A stretch of 64,000 nt of DNA from an uncultured Candidatus Saccharibacteria bacterium (GCA_964398865.1 CAYNOO010000001.1:43661-107660); one strand, 5' to 3'; counted from the first letter of the stretch, positions 27,532-38,308 are shown. Notes: generated from the letters alone by a model not told the origin. Translations and numbers: made by a program.

Positions 27532-29211
27532 TTGCCTATGGCACAAACTGATGACACTGATATAAAACTCGGAGAACTGCAACGAAGAGAGGAGGAGGAG
27601 CTCGCGCTCATGCTCTCACACCGGTATAAAATTCGGTACATAGACTTGACGCGCGTTTCCATAAACACGGACGCACTTCGTCTTATTGAAGAGCCGGTAG
27701 CTCGCCTCGCCGAAGTGGCGGCGTTCGAGATAGTAGGAAAGAAACTGACGCTTGCGGTACGCTCCCCGCAGCACCCTAAGCTCCCTGCACTCTTGGAGGA
27801 CTTAGGAAAACTAGGATACGACATTGAGGAAGTGATGGTGTCGCGAGTATCGTTGGACAGAGCATGGGAACACTACAAAGATCTATCGTTTGCGGTTGAA
27901 TCGAAGCAAGGGGTGCTCGATGTTTCGCCGGAAGAATTGAAAAAGGCTATCGGGAGTATTCATACCATAGAAGACATCCAAAAATCGGTTGCGAGCGTTA
28001 CCGAGATGAAACGTGCATATCGTATTTCAAAAATCTTGGAAGTAGTGCTCGCCGGTGCATTTGCTGTGGATGCATCGGACATTCACATTGAACCCGAGCA
28101 GACACAAGTGCGCCTGCGCTATCGACTTGATGGTGTGCTGCATGATGTCATCAATTTCGATACGGACACTTCAAACCTTCTCTTGTCTCGCCTGAAACTT
28201 CTCTCGGGTCTCAAGCTGAACCTGAAGAGTCGCCCACAAGATGGACGATTCAGCCTCGTCATGGACAATAAAGAGATAGAAATACGAACCTCGGTGATCC
28301 CTGGCGCATACGGAGAAACGGTCGTGATGCGTCTTCTGAACCCAGAAACTATTTCGGTACCCTTTGAGGCCTTGGGTATGGAGCCAAAATTACGCGCACT
28401 CGTCGAGCGTGAAATCGGAAATCCGAATGGCATGCTCTTAAACACTGGTCCGACAGGCAGCGGAAAGACGACCACGCTTTACGCATGCATGAAAAAGATT
28501 AACTCTTCTGAAATAAAAATTATTACGATTGAAGACCCTGTCGAATATCACGTCGCCGGACTCGTTCAAACGCAGGTGGATGAAAAAAATTACACGTTCC
28601 TCCAGGGGCTCCGCTCAGCGCTCCGCCAGGATCCAGATGTCATCATGATTGGCGAAATCCGCGACGAAGAAGTCGCGAAAACCGCGATTGACGCCGCCTT
28701 AACTGGACACTTTGTTTTCTCGACGTTGCACACGAATGACGCGGCCGGCTCGTTCCCCCGTCTTGTCGATCTCGGCGTTGATCCGAAAGTATTTGGTTCG
28801 GCAATAAACATCGCTATGGCACAACGATTAGTGCGCGTGCTCTGTAAAGTTTGCAAAAAACAAGTTCCGCTTGAGGGTAAGGACAAGGAACGGGTCGAAA
28901 CTGTGCTCGCTGGCTTGCGTGATAAAAGTGCCATTCCTGCCGACGTATCAAAAGTATTCGAGCCAGTGGGTTGTTCTGCTTGTAACAATACTGGCTTCAA
29001 AGGTCGTATTGGAGTATTTGAAGCAGTGGTCATTGATACGGAAATGGACACGCTCCTACGCACCTCCCCTTCAGAACATGAGATACAACAACTTCAGCGA
29101 ACCAAAGAGATACTCACTATGGTTGAGGATGGAGTTATGAAGGTCTTAAACGGCGTTACTTCCCTTACGGAACTCAATCGCGTCGTCTTGATAGAGGAAA
29201 CCCTCAAATAG
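27532..29211 (+). CDS. pilB: type IV pilus assembly ATPase PilB (GspE family)
   Basis: GPTGSGKTTTLYA Walker A, IGEIRD, His box, and a C-terminal Cys tetrad (CKVC...CSAC). Confidence 0.85.
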   Translation: MPMAQTDDTDIKLGELQRREEEELALMLSHRYKIRYIDLTRVSINTDALRLIEEPVARLAEVAAFEIVGKKLTLAVRSPQHPKLPALLEDLGKLGYDIEEVMVSRVSLDRAWEHYKDLSFAVESKQGVLDVSPEELKKAIGSIHTIEDIQKSVASVTEMKRAYRISKILEVVLAGAFAVDASDIHIEPEQTQVRLRYRLDGVLHDVINFDTDTSNLLLSRLKLLSGLKLNLKSRPQDGRFSLVMDNKEIEIRTSVIPGAYGETVVMRLLNPETISVPFEALGMEPKLRALVEREIGNPNGMLLNTGPTGSGKTTTLYACMKKINSSEIKIITIEDPVEYHVAGLVQTQVDEKNYTFLQGLRSALRQDPDVIMIGEIRDEEVAKTAIDAALTGHFVFSTLHTNDAAGSFPRLVDLGVDPKVFGSAINIAMAQRLVRVLCKVCKKQVPLEGKDKERVETVLAGLRDKSAIPADVSKVFEPVGCSACNNTGFKGRIGVFEAVVIDTEMDTLLRTSPSEHEIQQLQRTKEILTMVEDGVMKVLNGVTSLTELNRVVLIEETLK

Positions 29212-29424
29212 ACCTCTGCCCCAACAAATAAAAAACCGCACCCCTCTAAACAACGCTTTGCGAATGGTGGAACAGATGATGAGGAGATCGCCAGAGGATG
29301 ACCGAAGTCATTTTTCCAGCGAATCCTTACAGTGATGCCACGGCGTTGCTTAGATGAGCACGGCTTCTTATACAAGAAAACCCCTTTCGGGGCTATAATA
29401 TAATGCTAGCATAGGCTTTTAAGT

Positions 29425-30456
29425 ATGTCAAGGGCGCGCACAACCAATTTGGATTCGGACGATATCGCACCAAAAGAAGCGGGTGAGCGTGTTTTAGACC
29501 AAACACTTCGCCCAGAAGCCTGGGAAGAATATGTGGGGCAAGAGAACGTGAAAGAAAATCTCCGTGTGCTCATAGCGGCTGCAAGAGAGCGCAATCACGC
29601 GCCGGAACACACGCTTCTCTATGGACCGCCGGGTCTCGGTAAGACCACACTTGCGCATCTGATGGCGAAAGAGCTTGGTGCCAACATGCGCGCAACCGCA
29701 GGTCCCGTCATCGAGCGAGTGGGCGACCTTGCGGCGATTCTCACGAACCTAGAGCCAGGGGACGTTTTGTTCATTGACGAAATACACCGCTTGAATAAAA
29801 CCATCGAAGAAGTTTTATATCCTGCGATGGAGGCTGGAAAGCTCGACATAATTATCGGTAAAGGTCCCTCAGCGCGAACCATAGAACTTGCGCTCCCCTC
29901 GTTCACACTCGTGGGCGCTACCACCAGAATCGGTCTCATCTCGGCGCCCTTGCGTTCTCGATTCTCTGGGGGCGTGTTTCAACTTGATTTTTATTCTGAA
30001 AAAGAAATAGAAAGAATTCTTGCTCGCTCCGCACAAATTCTCGGCATTGAGGCAGATACGGACGCGCTTCAAGAAATCGCGAAACGTTCCCGAAAAACTC
30101 CGCGCACCGCAAACTATCTCTTGAAGCGCTCTCGCGACGTCGCGCAACTTGATCGCACGTCGCTGTCCAAAGTTGCCGCAGAAAAAGCGCTCGCCATGAT
30201 CGGCATTGATACTGCGGGTCTGACACCTTCTGACAGACGCATCCTTGAAGCACTCATCGGAAAATTCGGAGGGGGTCCCGTAGGCGTAAAGACCCTTGCT
30301 GCTGCTGCTGCTGAGGATGAGCAAACAATAGAAGATGTGTATGAACCTTATCTCATGCAAGAAGGCTTCTTGGAGCGTACGCCGCGAGGGCGTATTGTTA
30401 CCGCACGTGCACGCGAGCATTTAGGAAAACAAGGTGCGCAAAAAAAACTAATATGA
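29425..30456 (+). CDS. ruvB: Holliday junction branch migration helicase RuvB
   Basis: [13 protein letters not shown] Walker A, DEIHRL Walker B, RuvB C-terminal winged helix. Confidence 0.95.
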   Translation: MSRARTTNLDSDDIAPKEAGERVLDQTLRPEAWEEYVGQENVKENLRVLIAAARERNHAPEHTLLYGPPGLGKTTLAHLMAKELGANMRATAGPVIERVGDLAAILTNLEPGDVLFIDEIHRLNKTIEEVLYPAMEAGKLDIIIGKGPSARTIELALPSFTLVGATTRIGLISAPLRSRFSGGVFQLDFYSEKEIERILARSAQILGIEADTDALQEIAKRSRKTPRTANYLLKRSRDVAQLDRTSLSKVAAEKALAMIGIDTAGLTPSDRRILEALIGKFGGGPVGVKTLAAAAAEDEQTIEDVYEPYLMQEGFLERTPRGRIVTARAREHLGKQGAQKKLI

Positions 30457-30785
30457 CATTACTCTCGGACACATTGAAAAAATGGGTAACGAAACAGGAA
30501 TCAATAATCTGGCAAGCCCAAAAGAAGGAGCGGGGGGATGCTTCACATCTGCTTGCCTATACCGCCAAGCTTGGCGAAGAAGTTGGGGAACTTGCAGAGC
30601 AGGTGCTTGCACGTTTCGGCTACCAGCGAAAATCGAAAGTTATGGCTCAGGGGGATGAGGAGCTTGCCGATGAGTGCGCGGATGTCATCATTGTCTCACT
30701 ATTTCTTGCTGAAGCAGCTGGAGTTGATATAGAAAAAGCCTTGGCACGAAAGATGGAAAAACTTGAGGTACGAAATAAGGAATAA
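30453..30785 (+). CDS. MazG-like nucleotide pyrophosphohydrolase domain protein
   Basis: EEVGELAE...ELADECADV all-alpha NTP-PPase motif pair. Confidence 0.55.
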   Translation: MTLLSDTLKKWVTKQESIIWQAQKKERGDASHLLAYTAKLGEEVGELAEQVLARFGYQRKSKVMAQGDEELADECADVIIVSLFLAEAAGVDIEKALARKMEKLEVRNKE

Positions 30786-30803
30786 TAAAGAGCGCTTTCG
30801 TTC

Positions 30804-31298
30804 ATGTCTTCGCTGAAACCTGTAGTGATCGCTGTCGACCCAGGCTACGATCGAGTCGGTATTGCAGTGATGGAAGCGAGCGAGCTCATTCATTCAGAGT
30901 GCTTCACTCCACCCAAAGGTTCTTTTCCTGAAAGACTCGGAGCAGTATTTCAGCGAGTAAGTGATGTTATAAAAAAATACGCACCTGGTGCACTCGCTAT
31001 AGAAACTCTTTTTTTCACTAAAAATCAAAAGACGGCTATACATGTGGCGGAAGCGCGAGGAGTCATAACGCTTGCAGGAGTGGAGGCGGGCATCCCGATC
31101 TTTGAGTACTCCCCGCAAGAAGTGAAGATAGCAGTCACAGGCTCAGGAAACGCAAACAAGAAGGGTGTCATCAGGATGGTGGATATGCTCGTGCCTATGG
31201 CTACAAAAATGCGACACGATGATGAATACGATGCGATAGCACTCGCGATAGCACATCAATCGAGCGCTAAGTTCAGGCAGGCTCGAAAAAACAAATAG
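30804..31298 (+). CDS. ruvC: crossover junction endodeoxyribonuclease RuvC
   Basis: IAVDPGYDRVGIAV catalytic-Asp N-terminus and a C-terminal DEYDAIALAIAH motif. Confidence 0.9.
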   Translation: MSSLKPVVIAVDPGYDRVGIAVMEASELIHSECFTPPKGSFPERLGAVFQRVSDVIKKYAPGALAIETLFFTKNQKTAIHVAEARGVITLAGVEAGIPIFEYSPQEVKIAVTGSGNANKKGVIRMVDMLVPMATKMRHDDEYDAIALAIAHQSSAKFRQARKNK

Positions 31299-31398
31299 AA
31301 TCGGGGGCTTTGGCGTTTTCCCCTCTCTTACTTGTGCGATGCCTTGCCAAGAAATAACGTTTTGGTACAAATAGGGCGTTAGAAAATATAAACTCTCA

Positions 31399-31530
31399 TG
31401 CCTAAAGACCTGAAAAAGAAAGGATTCGAAGAAGAGGAAGAGGATGCGCTTCTGACTCCTCCTAGCGCAGAAGATCTTGTGGACGAAGAAGAGGAAGATC
31501 TTTTCGGAGACGAAGATGATATGCTCTGAC
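31399..31530 (+). CDS. small highly acidic protein (43 aa), hypothetical
   Basis: ATG ORF reading MPKDLKKKGFEEEEEDALLTPPSAEDLVDEEEEDLFGDEDDML, followed immediately by a strong terminator. Below the ORF-track size cutoff. Confidence 0.3.
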
Positions 31531-31540
31531 GAAAAAATAA

Positions 31541-31572
31541 AACCCGATCCAGTGTCGGGTTTTATTTTTTCT
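31541..31572. terminator. bidirectional rho-independent terminator (small ORF / tyrS convergent)
   Basis: aaaacccgatccagtgtcgggtttt hairpin with T-runs on both strands. Confidence 0.7.
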
Positions 31573-32764
31573 GTATAGAAAGAAAACGATGCTTTCCTAT
31601 ACGGAGCACGACGCCATTTTCGGGTTGAAAGTTAGCGTCAGTAATTTTTGTATCGCTTCCCGCGATACGCACAGCGCCATCAGCTATCAGGCGGCGCCAT
31701 TCTGTCTTAGAGGCAATTACGTTATTACGGATGAGCAGCTCAATAAATGCCTCCCCGGGCATGATGCTATATGTCGGTACCTCCGTAGGAACTTCTCCTT
31801 TTGAAAAAGCGGAAACGAAATGCTCCCCGGCTTTCTTACTTAAAGATTCCCCATGGTACATTTGCACGATTTCAGTAGCAAGCGCAAATTTTGCATCACG
31901 AGGACCCTTTGTAAGAATATCTGTAACCATAGGTAGTGGTACGCGTGTGCAGTGTATGAAATATGTCTCGATGAGAGAGTCGGGGATGCTCATAACTTTC
32001 CCAAACATGTCTGCAGGTGCATCGTTGAGGTTTACCGTGTTGCCCCAGCTCGAACTCATCTTGCGTCCGTCAGTTCCCAAAATGAGCTCGCCCATCACAA
32101 TGTGTTGTGGTCGCTGCCCAGCTTTACTTTGTAGCACGCGACCGGCAAGCAAGTTAAAGCGCTGGTCCGTACCTCCAAGCTCTACATCAGCTTCTACAGC
32201 AACGCTGTCATATCCTTGCATGAGGGGATACAGAACTTCGCGCAGAGATACTCTCTTCCCTTCGTCCAGACGTCGCTTAATATTGTCGCGTGCGATGAAG
32301 TCAGCTACAGAAAATGCGTCGGCCTGATCACCAATCGCTGCATAATCCAATTTCAAAAGCCATTCAGAATTACGCCGTACTTCTAGTAGGCTTTTATCAA
32401 GTATCTTTTCCGCTTGGGAAACGTACGCGGCAAGATTTTTCTCAACCTCTTTGCGTGAAAGCATGGGGCGCTCGCTCTCCTTATCCGACGTGTCCCCGAC
32501 TACGCCGGTAGCATCCCCGATGATAAACACAACCATGTGCCCCAAGTTTTGAAAGTCCCGAAGTTTTAAGAGGGGTACTGCGCGCCCAATGTGAAGATTG
32601 GGGCTTGTCGGGTCAATACCAAGTTTGATGCGTAAACGCTTTCCAGATAAAAGGAGTTTTCGAAGCGACTCACTTCCAGGAATGACCTCAACAACACTCC
32701 TGGTCAAAAGGGTTTCAATTTTCTGAAGATCAGTACTTACCGGAGCCTTGCTTCTGAAAAACAT
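31562..32764 (-). CDS. tyrS: tyrosyl-tRNA synthetase
   Basis: Class I HIGH-like PTSPNLHIGR motif, KMSSS (KMSKS) motif, C-terminal S4 domain. Confidence 0.9.
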   Translation of the reverse strand: MFFRSKAPVSTDLQKIETLLTRSVVEVIPGSESLRKLLLSGKRLRIKLGIDPTSPNLHIGRAVPLLKLRDFQNLGHMVVFIIGDATGVVGDTSDKESERPMLSRKEVEKNLAAYVSQAEKILDKSLLEVRRNSEWLLKLDYAAIGDQADAFSVADFIARDNIKRRLDEGKRVSLREVLYPLMQGYDSVAVEADVELGGTDQRFNLLAGRVLQSKAGQRPQHIVMGELILGTDGRKMSSSWGNTVNLNDAPADMFGKVMSIPDSLIETYFIHCTRVPLPMVTDILTKGPRDAKFALATEIVQMYHGESLSKKAGEHFVSAFSKGEVPTEVPTYSIMPGEAFIELLIRNNVIASKTEWRRLIADGAVRIAGSDTKITDANFQPENGVVLRIGKHRFLSIQKK

Positions 32765-32850
32765 ATAATAAACTTTACCACGGAGCTATGAATGAGGGTT
32801 TCCGCTCTTATACCTAGCATCGGGGGTCTTCCCTTGCTACGATTCACTGT

Positions 32851-35034
32851 ATGCGCAAGCGGAGTTTTATCCGTAAACACAAGAGGGCAATTCTTCTTAT
32901 TGCCGGTTCGATAATCCTTTTCACCGTTGGCGCTCTTTCCATATGGGCAGCATCTTTGAAGATTCCTGACATCAAATCTTTAGAAACCCGAAAAGTTGAG
33001 CAGTCAACAAAAATCTATGACCGCACTGGCACCGTTCTCCTGGATGACCTGAGCGAGAACATGTCACGTACTGTTGTGTCGGACGATGAGATATCCTCCT
33101 ACATAAAGCAAGCGACTGTAGCTATAGAGGACTCGGAGTTTTACCATCATGCCGGCGTGCGCCCACTGGCGTTTTTGCGGGCAACTATCGTCAACGTACT
33201 TTCCCTCGGCTTTGAGCAAGGAGGCTCAACCATCACCCAGCAAGTCGTCAAAAATTCAATCCTCACCACCGACAAAACCATCGCGCGAAAGATAAAGGAA
33301 TGGATTCTGGCAATAAAACTTGAGCAAGTACTCACAAAGGAGCAAATTCTTGACCTCTACCTCAACGGGAATCCCTATGGCGGGGTCATTTACGGCGTTG
33401 AGGAAGCGAGTGAGCAATTTTTTAGCAAACACGCAAAGGATGTGTCCTTGGCTGAAGCGGCGTACCTCGCGGCACTGCCGCAAGCGCCCACATACTACTC
33501 ACCCTATGGCAACCATCGAGACGCGCTTGATTCGCGAAAAAATCTAGTGCTGTCACGCATGAAAGAACTCGGCTTCATAACTGAAGAGGCGTATAATGCG
33601 GCAAAAGCAGAAAACGTGTCCTTCGCCCCGCAGGCGCGAGGAGGTATACGGGCTCCGCATTTCGTCTTTTACGTACGAAGCCTTTTGGAACAAGAATTCG
33701 GCACAAGCGCCTTAGAGCAGTCAGGCTGGAGAATCATCACCACGCTCGATGCTGACCTTGAATCAAAAGCAGAGGAGGTAGTGAAAAGAAATGCGCTTGA
33801 GAATGAAAAAGATTTTAATGCTGAAAACGCAAGCATTGTCGCCATTGACCCAAAGACGGGAGACATCCTTACGATGGCAGGCTCTAGAGATTACTTTGAT
33901 AAGGAGATAAACGGAGCCTACAACATCGCTCTCGCGAAACGTCAGCCGGGTTCCTCTTTCAAGCCATTCGTATATGCAGCCGCATTCCTCAAGGGCTACA
34001 CGCCAAACACCATTCTTTTTGATGTCGCGACGCAGTTCTCGACAGCGTGCCCCGCGACAAGCCTAAGCGACACACCACCATGTTATGCGCCAGAAAATTT
34101 TGATAACAAATTTCTAGGACCCATGACTATACGGGATGCGCTTGCGCAGTCACGAAACATCCCCGCAGTGAAGGCGCTCTATCTTGTGGGAATCAATAAT
34201 GCGCTAACGCTCGCGCGCTCAATGGGCATCAGCACCCTCGGGAATGCAGCTCAGTACGGTCTTACTTTGGTCTTGGGCGGTGGGGAAGTGACGCCGCTTG
34301 ATATGACAAGCGGGTATGGCGTCTTTGCAAATGAGGGCATACGAAACCCGTATCGAGCAATACTTCGCATTGAAGATAAGAACGGAAATCAAGTAAAAGT
34401 GTACCCCCTATCGCCCGAGCGGGTGCTTGATGCAAACGTCGCACTGAATATCTCTGACATTCTCTCTGATAATGTAGCGCGTACCCCTGAGTTCGGGTCA
34501 GATTCGGCACTGAACTTTCCGGGTCGGCATGTGGCCGCAAAAACTGGTACGACTAATGATTATCGGGATGCTTGGATATTAGGCTACACACCAGACATCG
34601 CTGTCGGGGCATGGGCTGGAAATAACGACAACACGCCTATGGTAAAGAAAATCGCTGGCTTCATCGTTGCCCCTCTCTGGCATGAGTTCATGGAATACGC
34701 ACTCACCAAGTTCCCTAATACCCCCTTCCCTGAAGCGCGTAGTTTAGAGAGCACAAATGATAAACCAGTGCTCCGTGGCATCTGGCAAGGAGGTGATGCA
34801 GTGACTGTAGATGCCCAAACGGGTGCTCCGGTACCACCTGGCTTCAGTGGTCCCACCAAAAGTCGCATAACGGTATCCGCACACTCAATACTCTACTGGC
34901 TCAATAAAGACGACCCGCGAGGAGCGCAACCAAACAATCCAAATGACGATCCCCAGTTTGTGCGGTGGGATTGGGGGGTGCGTGCATGGGCAGCACAACA
35001 CGGCGTCGTAGACGGAACTACAATCATTCAGTAA
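32851..35034 (+). CDS. mrcA: class A penicillin-binding protein (glycosyltransferase + transpeptidase)
   Basis: GT51 motifs EDSEFYHHAGV and GGSTITQQ. Transpeptidase motifs SSFKPF (SxxK), SRN and KTGTTND. Confidence 0.85.
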   Translation: MRKRSFIRKHKRAILLIAGSIILFTVGALSIWAASLKIPDIKSLETRKVEQSTKIYDRTGTVLLDDLSENMSRTVVSDDEISSYIKQATVAIEDSEFYHHAGVRPLAFLRATIVNVLSLGFEQGGSTITQQVVKNSILTTDKTIARKIKEWILAIKLEQVLTKEQILDLYLNGNPYGGVIYGVEEASEQFFSKHAKDVSLAEAAYLAALPQAPTYYSPYGNHRDALDSRKNLVLSRMKELGFITEEAYNAAKAENVSFAPQARGGIRAPHFVFYVRSLLEQEFGTSALEQSGWRIITTLDADLESKAEEVVKRNALENEKDFNAENASIVAIDPKTGDILTMAGSRDYFDKEINGAYNIALAKRQPGSSFKPFVYAAAFLKGYTPNTILFDVATQFSTACPATSLSDTPPCYAPENFDNKFLGPMTIRDALAQSRNIPAVKALYLVGINNALTLARSMGISTLGNAAQYGLTLVLGGGEVTPLDMTSGYGVFANEGIRNPYRAILRIEDKNGNQVKVYPLSPERVLDANVALNISDILSDNVARTPEFGSDSALNFPGRHVAAKTGTTNDYRDAWILGYTPDIAVGAWAGNNDNTPMVKKIAGFIVAPLWHEFMEYALTKFPNTPFPEARSLESTNDKPVLRGIWQGGDAVTVDAQTGAPVPPGFSGPTKSRITVSAHSILYWLNKDDPRGAQPNNPNDDPQFVRWDWGVRAWAAQHGVVDGTTIIQ

Positions 35035-35098
35035 AACAAGTGGGCACAAAGCAGTTTACAGATAGAAAAACCGCCAACTGCTTTCTGCCAACTATCTT

Positions 35099-35362
35099 TT
35101 AACGGATATCGCGAACAGCGTTCCGCGCTTTCGGCATCTCTTGAAAAAGCTCCGCAAGAATAGCACCCCTCGCAATCTGAATCGCGCTTTTCGCTATAGA
35201 AGAACAGCGTACGAACGCTACATTATTTGAAATCGAGATATCTTCTTTCTTTATTGGCACCTTTGCAGCAAAAGAGATTGCCGCAGCCGTTGCGCGACGA
35301 AGGGCATCATCCGGCGGGGTGAGGTTCTGGAAACGAGCGAGAAAGTCACTGACGAGTTTCAT
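35099..35362 (-). CDS. DUF721/DciA-like protein
   Basis: 87 aa, immediately downstream of dnaN. The ISNNVAFVRCSSIAKSAIQIARGAILAEL pattern resembles DUF721. Confidence 0.35.
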   Translation of the reverse strand: MKLVSDFLARFQNLTPPDDALRRATAAAISFAAKVPIKKEDISISNNVAFVRCSSIAKSAIQIARGAILAELFQEMPKARNAVRDIR

Positions 35363-35390
35363 AATTTACTTAATAGATTCATGAATCTAT

Positions 35391-36491
35391 TCAGCGATTC
35401 ATTGGCATCACAAGGTAGGTGAAGCCTTTTCCGGTGCCATCAGTCATAACCATTGGCTTACCAGCCCCTGCTACAGAAAACGTGATGCTGTCGCCAGCAA
35501 CCACCGAAAGGGCGTCGACTATATATTTTGCATTAAAATTTATGTCTATATCCTCCCCTTTAAGAACCGCGGGGAAGTGATCTACTGTTTCCCCAACAGA
35601 AGCATTGACTGCTCTAACGGTAAAAGTCGCCTCAGACGGCTTAAGGGAAATATGTACCTGATTAAAGGAATCAGTAAATATAGAGACCTTGCGAAAGGCA
35701 CGGGTAGCGTCCTCCTTGAGACAGGTCGCCTCCACAACATAATCACGAGGGATGATGGCGTGATAGTCAGGGAATGACCCGTCGATAGTTCGTGAAGTTA
35801 TATGACCGGAATCAGATATGAATGAGCACTGATTATCCCCCACCCGTACCTCAACCTCAGTCCCTGATTCAATGGCCCGCAATATATCAGCGACATTACG
35901 TGCCGGTATTAATACCGAACCAAAAGAACTCTTTGTCTTTAGTGGTATTTTCACCTCAGCAAGACGGAAAGAATCGGTCGCAACTGCGATCAACTCCCCC
36001 TTCTCCAAACTAAGAGAGATACTTGAAAGCTCTGGCTTAACACTAGAAGTTGATGCTGAGAATGAAACCGCTCTGAGTGCGGTAATAAACTCACGAGTTG
36101 GTAGTACCGCAGACACCCCCTCCCCCTCTTTTACGTACGGTAGTGTCGGGAACTCAGAATTATCTACAAGAGTAATAGAGGTAGTACCTCGATCTCCGTC
36201 AATAATAAGATTATTCCCTGACGTTTTGAGTATTAACTTTTGGTCCGTCAATGCCGACACCGTCTGTGAGAGTACTTGTGCTGGAATGGCTATAACACCA
36301 TCTTGGATTGTTTTTGCTTTTAATACGACCTCGACACTTAAATCTAAATTGGTGGCACGAAGTACTGCCCGACCTCCTTCAACAACAATCAAAACGCACC
36401 CAAAAACCGGCAGTGAAAGACTTTTATTACTCACCTTAGCTGCAACATTCACCGCCTTCTCTAAGTTTTCTCTCAATATCTCCATTTTCAT
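35391..36491 (-). CDS. dnaN: DNA polymerase III beta sliding clamp
   Basis: 366 aa. N-terminus MKMEILRENLEKAVNVAAKVS... and three-domain clamp length. Confidence 0.9.
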   Translation of the reverse strand: MKMEILRENLEKAVNVAAKVSNKSLSLPVFGCVLIVVEGGRAVLRATNLDLSVEVVLKAKTIQDGVIAIPAQVLSQTVSALTDQKLILKTSGNNLIIDGDRGTTSITLVDNSEFPTLPYVKEGEGVSAVLPTREFITALRAVSFSASTSSVKPELSSISLSLEKGELIAVATDSFRLAEVKIPLKTKSSFGSVLIPARNVADILRAIESGTEVEVRVGDNQCSFISDSGHITSRTIDGSFPDYHAIIPRDYVVEATCLKEDATRAFRKVSIFTDSFNQVHISLKPSEATFTVRAVNASVGETVDHFPAVLKGEDIDINFNAKYIVDALSVVAGDSITFSVAGAGKPMVMTDGTGKGFTYLVMPMNR

Positions 36492-36723
36492 ATTTTCTTT
36501 AGTTTAAGAAGATATTCTTATTCTAATACACTGTGGACGGAGGGGGTAGCTTAAAAAGCTTTCATTTAAGCTGTATTTTATAAGTGTTTTAAAGAAAAGC
36601 TGTTTATAGCGCCACACTATTGTGTGTATAGTAACTGTTTGTATATAAGAATATTTTTTTTGAATTATTTTCCACACTTTTTCCAACAGCATTTCCAATG
36701 AGTTATTCATATCCTTTTCAACA
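36492..36723. promoter_or_regulatory. putative oriC / DnaA-box cluster in AT-rich dnaN-dnaA intergenic region
   Basis: AT-rich 230 bp with TTTTCCACA (36667-36675), TGTGGAC (36532-36538) and related TGTGTATA motifs. Confidence 0.4.
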
Positions 36724-38070
36724 TTATTTCAACATACCCCGTATCTCCTCGATCTGTGTTTTCAAATCACCATCACTCAGTATTCCTCCGCGGACTTTTT
36801 CACACGCATGTATGACGGTGGTGTGATCTCTTCCCCCGAACACAGTTCCAATAGCCGGGTATGAAAGGTGGAAGTCCTCGCGCAAGATGTACATCATTAT
36901 TTGTCTTGGGCGAACAACCTCACGACGACGAGTTTTTGCATACATACTCGCTTCGTCAATATTATAGAACTCAGCAATCCGTGAAATCACATGTTTTACT
37001 GACACTACCCGTTTAGGGCGCGCCGTTGTCTTTATGAGGTCTTTTATCTGCTCTTCCGAAAGCGTTCCTTTTAGTTGTATCTGACAAAGAATCGTATTCA
37101 ACATCCCCTCTATCTCGCGAATATTTCCTGGAACCGCCATAGAAAGATTTTCAATGGTAATGTCCGACAAGGTTAGATTCATCGATTGCGCCTTCGTCTT
37201 GATAATAGCCATACGCGACTCGTGGTCAGGTTCGTTTATGGCAACCGCCATACCAGCGACGAAACGAGATTTCAAGCGCTCGGTGATGTCTGGGATGAGG
37301 TTTGGGTGCCGATCAGAGGAGCAGACAATCTGTTTGTTGGCGTCGTGGAGTGTATTGAAGAGATGAAAAAATTCCTCTTGGATAGTTCCTTTTTTAGAGA
37401 AAAATTGTATGTCGTCGATAATAAGCACATCATACGAGCGGTATTTTTCTTTGAATGATGGAATACTGCGGTTGTTGATGGCATTCATGAACTCAAATCC
37501 AAATCTTTCAGCGGTAAGATAAAAAACTTTCTTCGAGGGGTAGGTTTTTTTTATCTGATTCCCCACCGCTTGGGTGAGGTGAGTTTTCCCTCGACCAGTT
37601 TCGCCGTATACGAAGAGTGGATTGTAGGCGATGCCGGGATTTTTAACTACCACTTGCCCCGCGGTGAACGCGAGCTCATTAAAAGGTCCTACGACGAAGG
37701 TATCGAACGTATAGCGTGGGTTCAGGTTGTCGGAACGATTGATGTAATAGTCGGAAAGCGGTAGCTCTGATTCAGGTCGTGTTTCAACTACAACTTTCTC
37801 AGGCGTTCTTTTAGGGCTTTCTTTCGAAACGATGTATTCAACGCCACGAAGTGTATCTACGAAGCCGCGGATGGTTTTTAAGACAAGCTTGCCAAAACGT
37901 TCAGAAATCCACTCTTTCGTTAATTGATTGGGAACGCCTACAAAAACGACCCCGTCTTCTATGCGCACGATATGGGTTTCCCCGAACCACATCTTGAAAC
38001 TCGCTGGGGATATTGAAAGCTCTATGTTAGTTAGTGTATTTTCCCAGAGTTGCTTCGTGTCGAGTTCCAT
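36724..38070 (-). CDS. dnaA: chromosomal replication initiator DnaA
   Basis: AAA+ GETGRGKTHL Walker A, DDIQFF Walker B, C-terminal DNA-binding domain VSRIAEFYNIDEASMYAKTRRREVVRPRQIMMY. Confidence 0.9.
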   Translation of the reverse strand: MELDTKQLWENTLTNIELSISPASFKMWFGETHIVRIEDGVVFVGVPNQLTKEWISERFGKLVLKTIRGFVDTLRGVEYIVSKESPKRTPEKVVVETRPESELPLSDYYINRSDNLNPRYTFDTFVVGPFNELAFTAGQVVVKNPGIAYNPLFVYGETGRGKTHLTQAVGNQIKKTYPSKKVFYLTAERFGFEFMNAINNRSIPSFKEKYRSYDVLIIDDIQFFSKKGTIQEEFFHLFNTLHDANKQIVCSSDRHPNLIPDITERLKSRFVAGMAVAINEPDHESRMAIIKTKAQSMNLTLSDITIENLSMAVPGNIREIEGMLNTILCQIQLKGTLSEEQIKDLIKTTARPKRVVSVKHVISRIAEFYNIDEASMYAKTRRREVVRPRQIMMYILREDFHLSYPAIGTVFGGRDHTTVIHACEKVRGGILSDGDLKTQIEEIRGMLK

Positions 38071-38173
38071 GTAAGTTCGGTCATTATACCCGTGTGGAGA
38101 AAACAGCAAACTTGCGGAAAAGACTCCTCCGTGTTAATAAACTGTGAGATACTTGTGTATAACATTTCACACG

Positions 38174-38308
38174 CATGAAAAGAACATACCAGCCGAAAAA
38201 AAGAAAGCGTAAGACAACACACGGATTTCTAGTCCGAACAGCCACTACTGCCGGTAGGAAGGTTTTGAAAAAACGACGTCGTAAAGGACGCGCAAAGCTT
38301 ACGGTTTA
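38174..38308 (+). CDS. rpmH: 50S ribosomal protein L34
   Basis: [44 protein letters not shown], 44 aa. Not in the ORF track because it is under 60 aa. Confidence 0.85.

Noticed and set aside
30290-30310. (GCT)5 trinucleotide run
   Set aside because: It encodes the AAAAAED stretch inside ruvB. A simple coding microsatellite, not a regulatory repeat.
31731-32327. 198-aa plus-strand ORF
   Set aside because: Antisense to tyrS.
35872-36507. 211-aa plus-strand ORF
   Set aside because: Antisense to dnaN.
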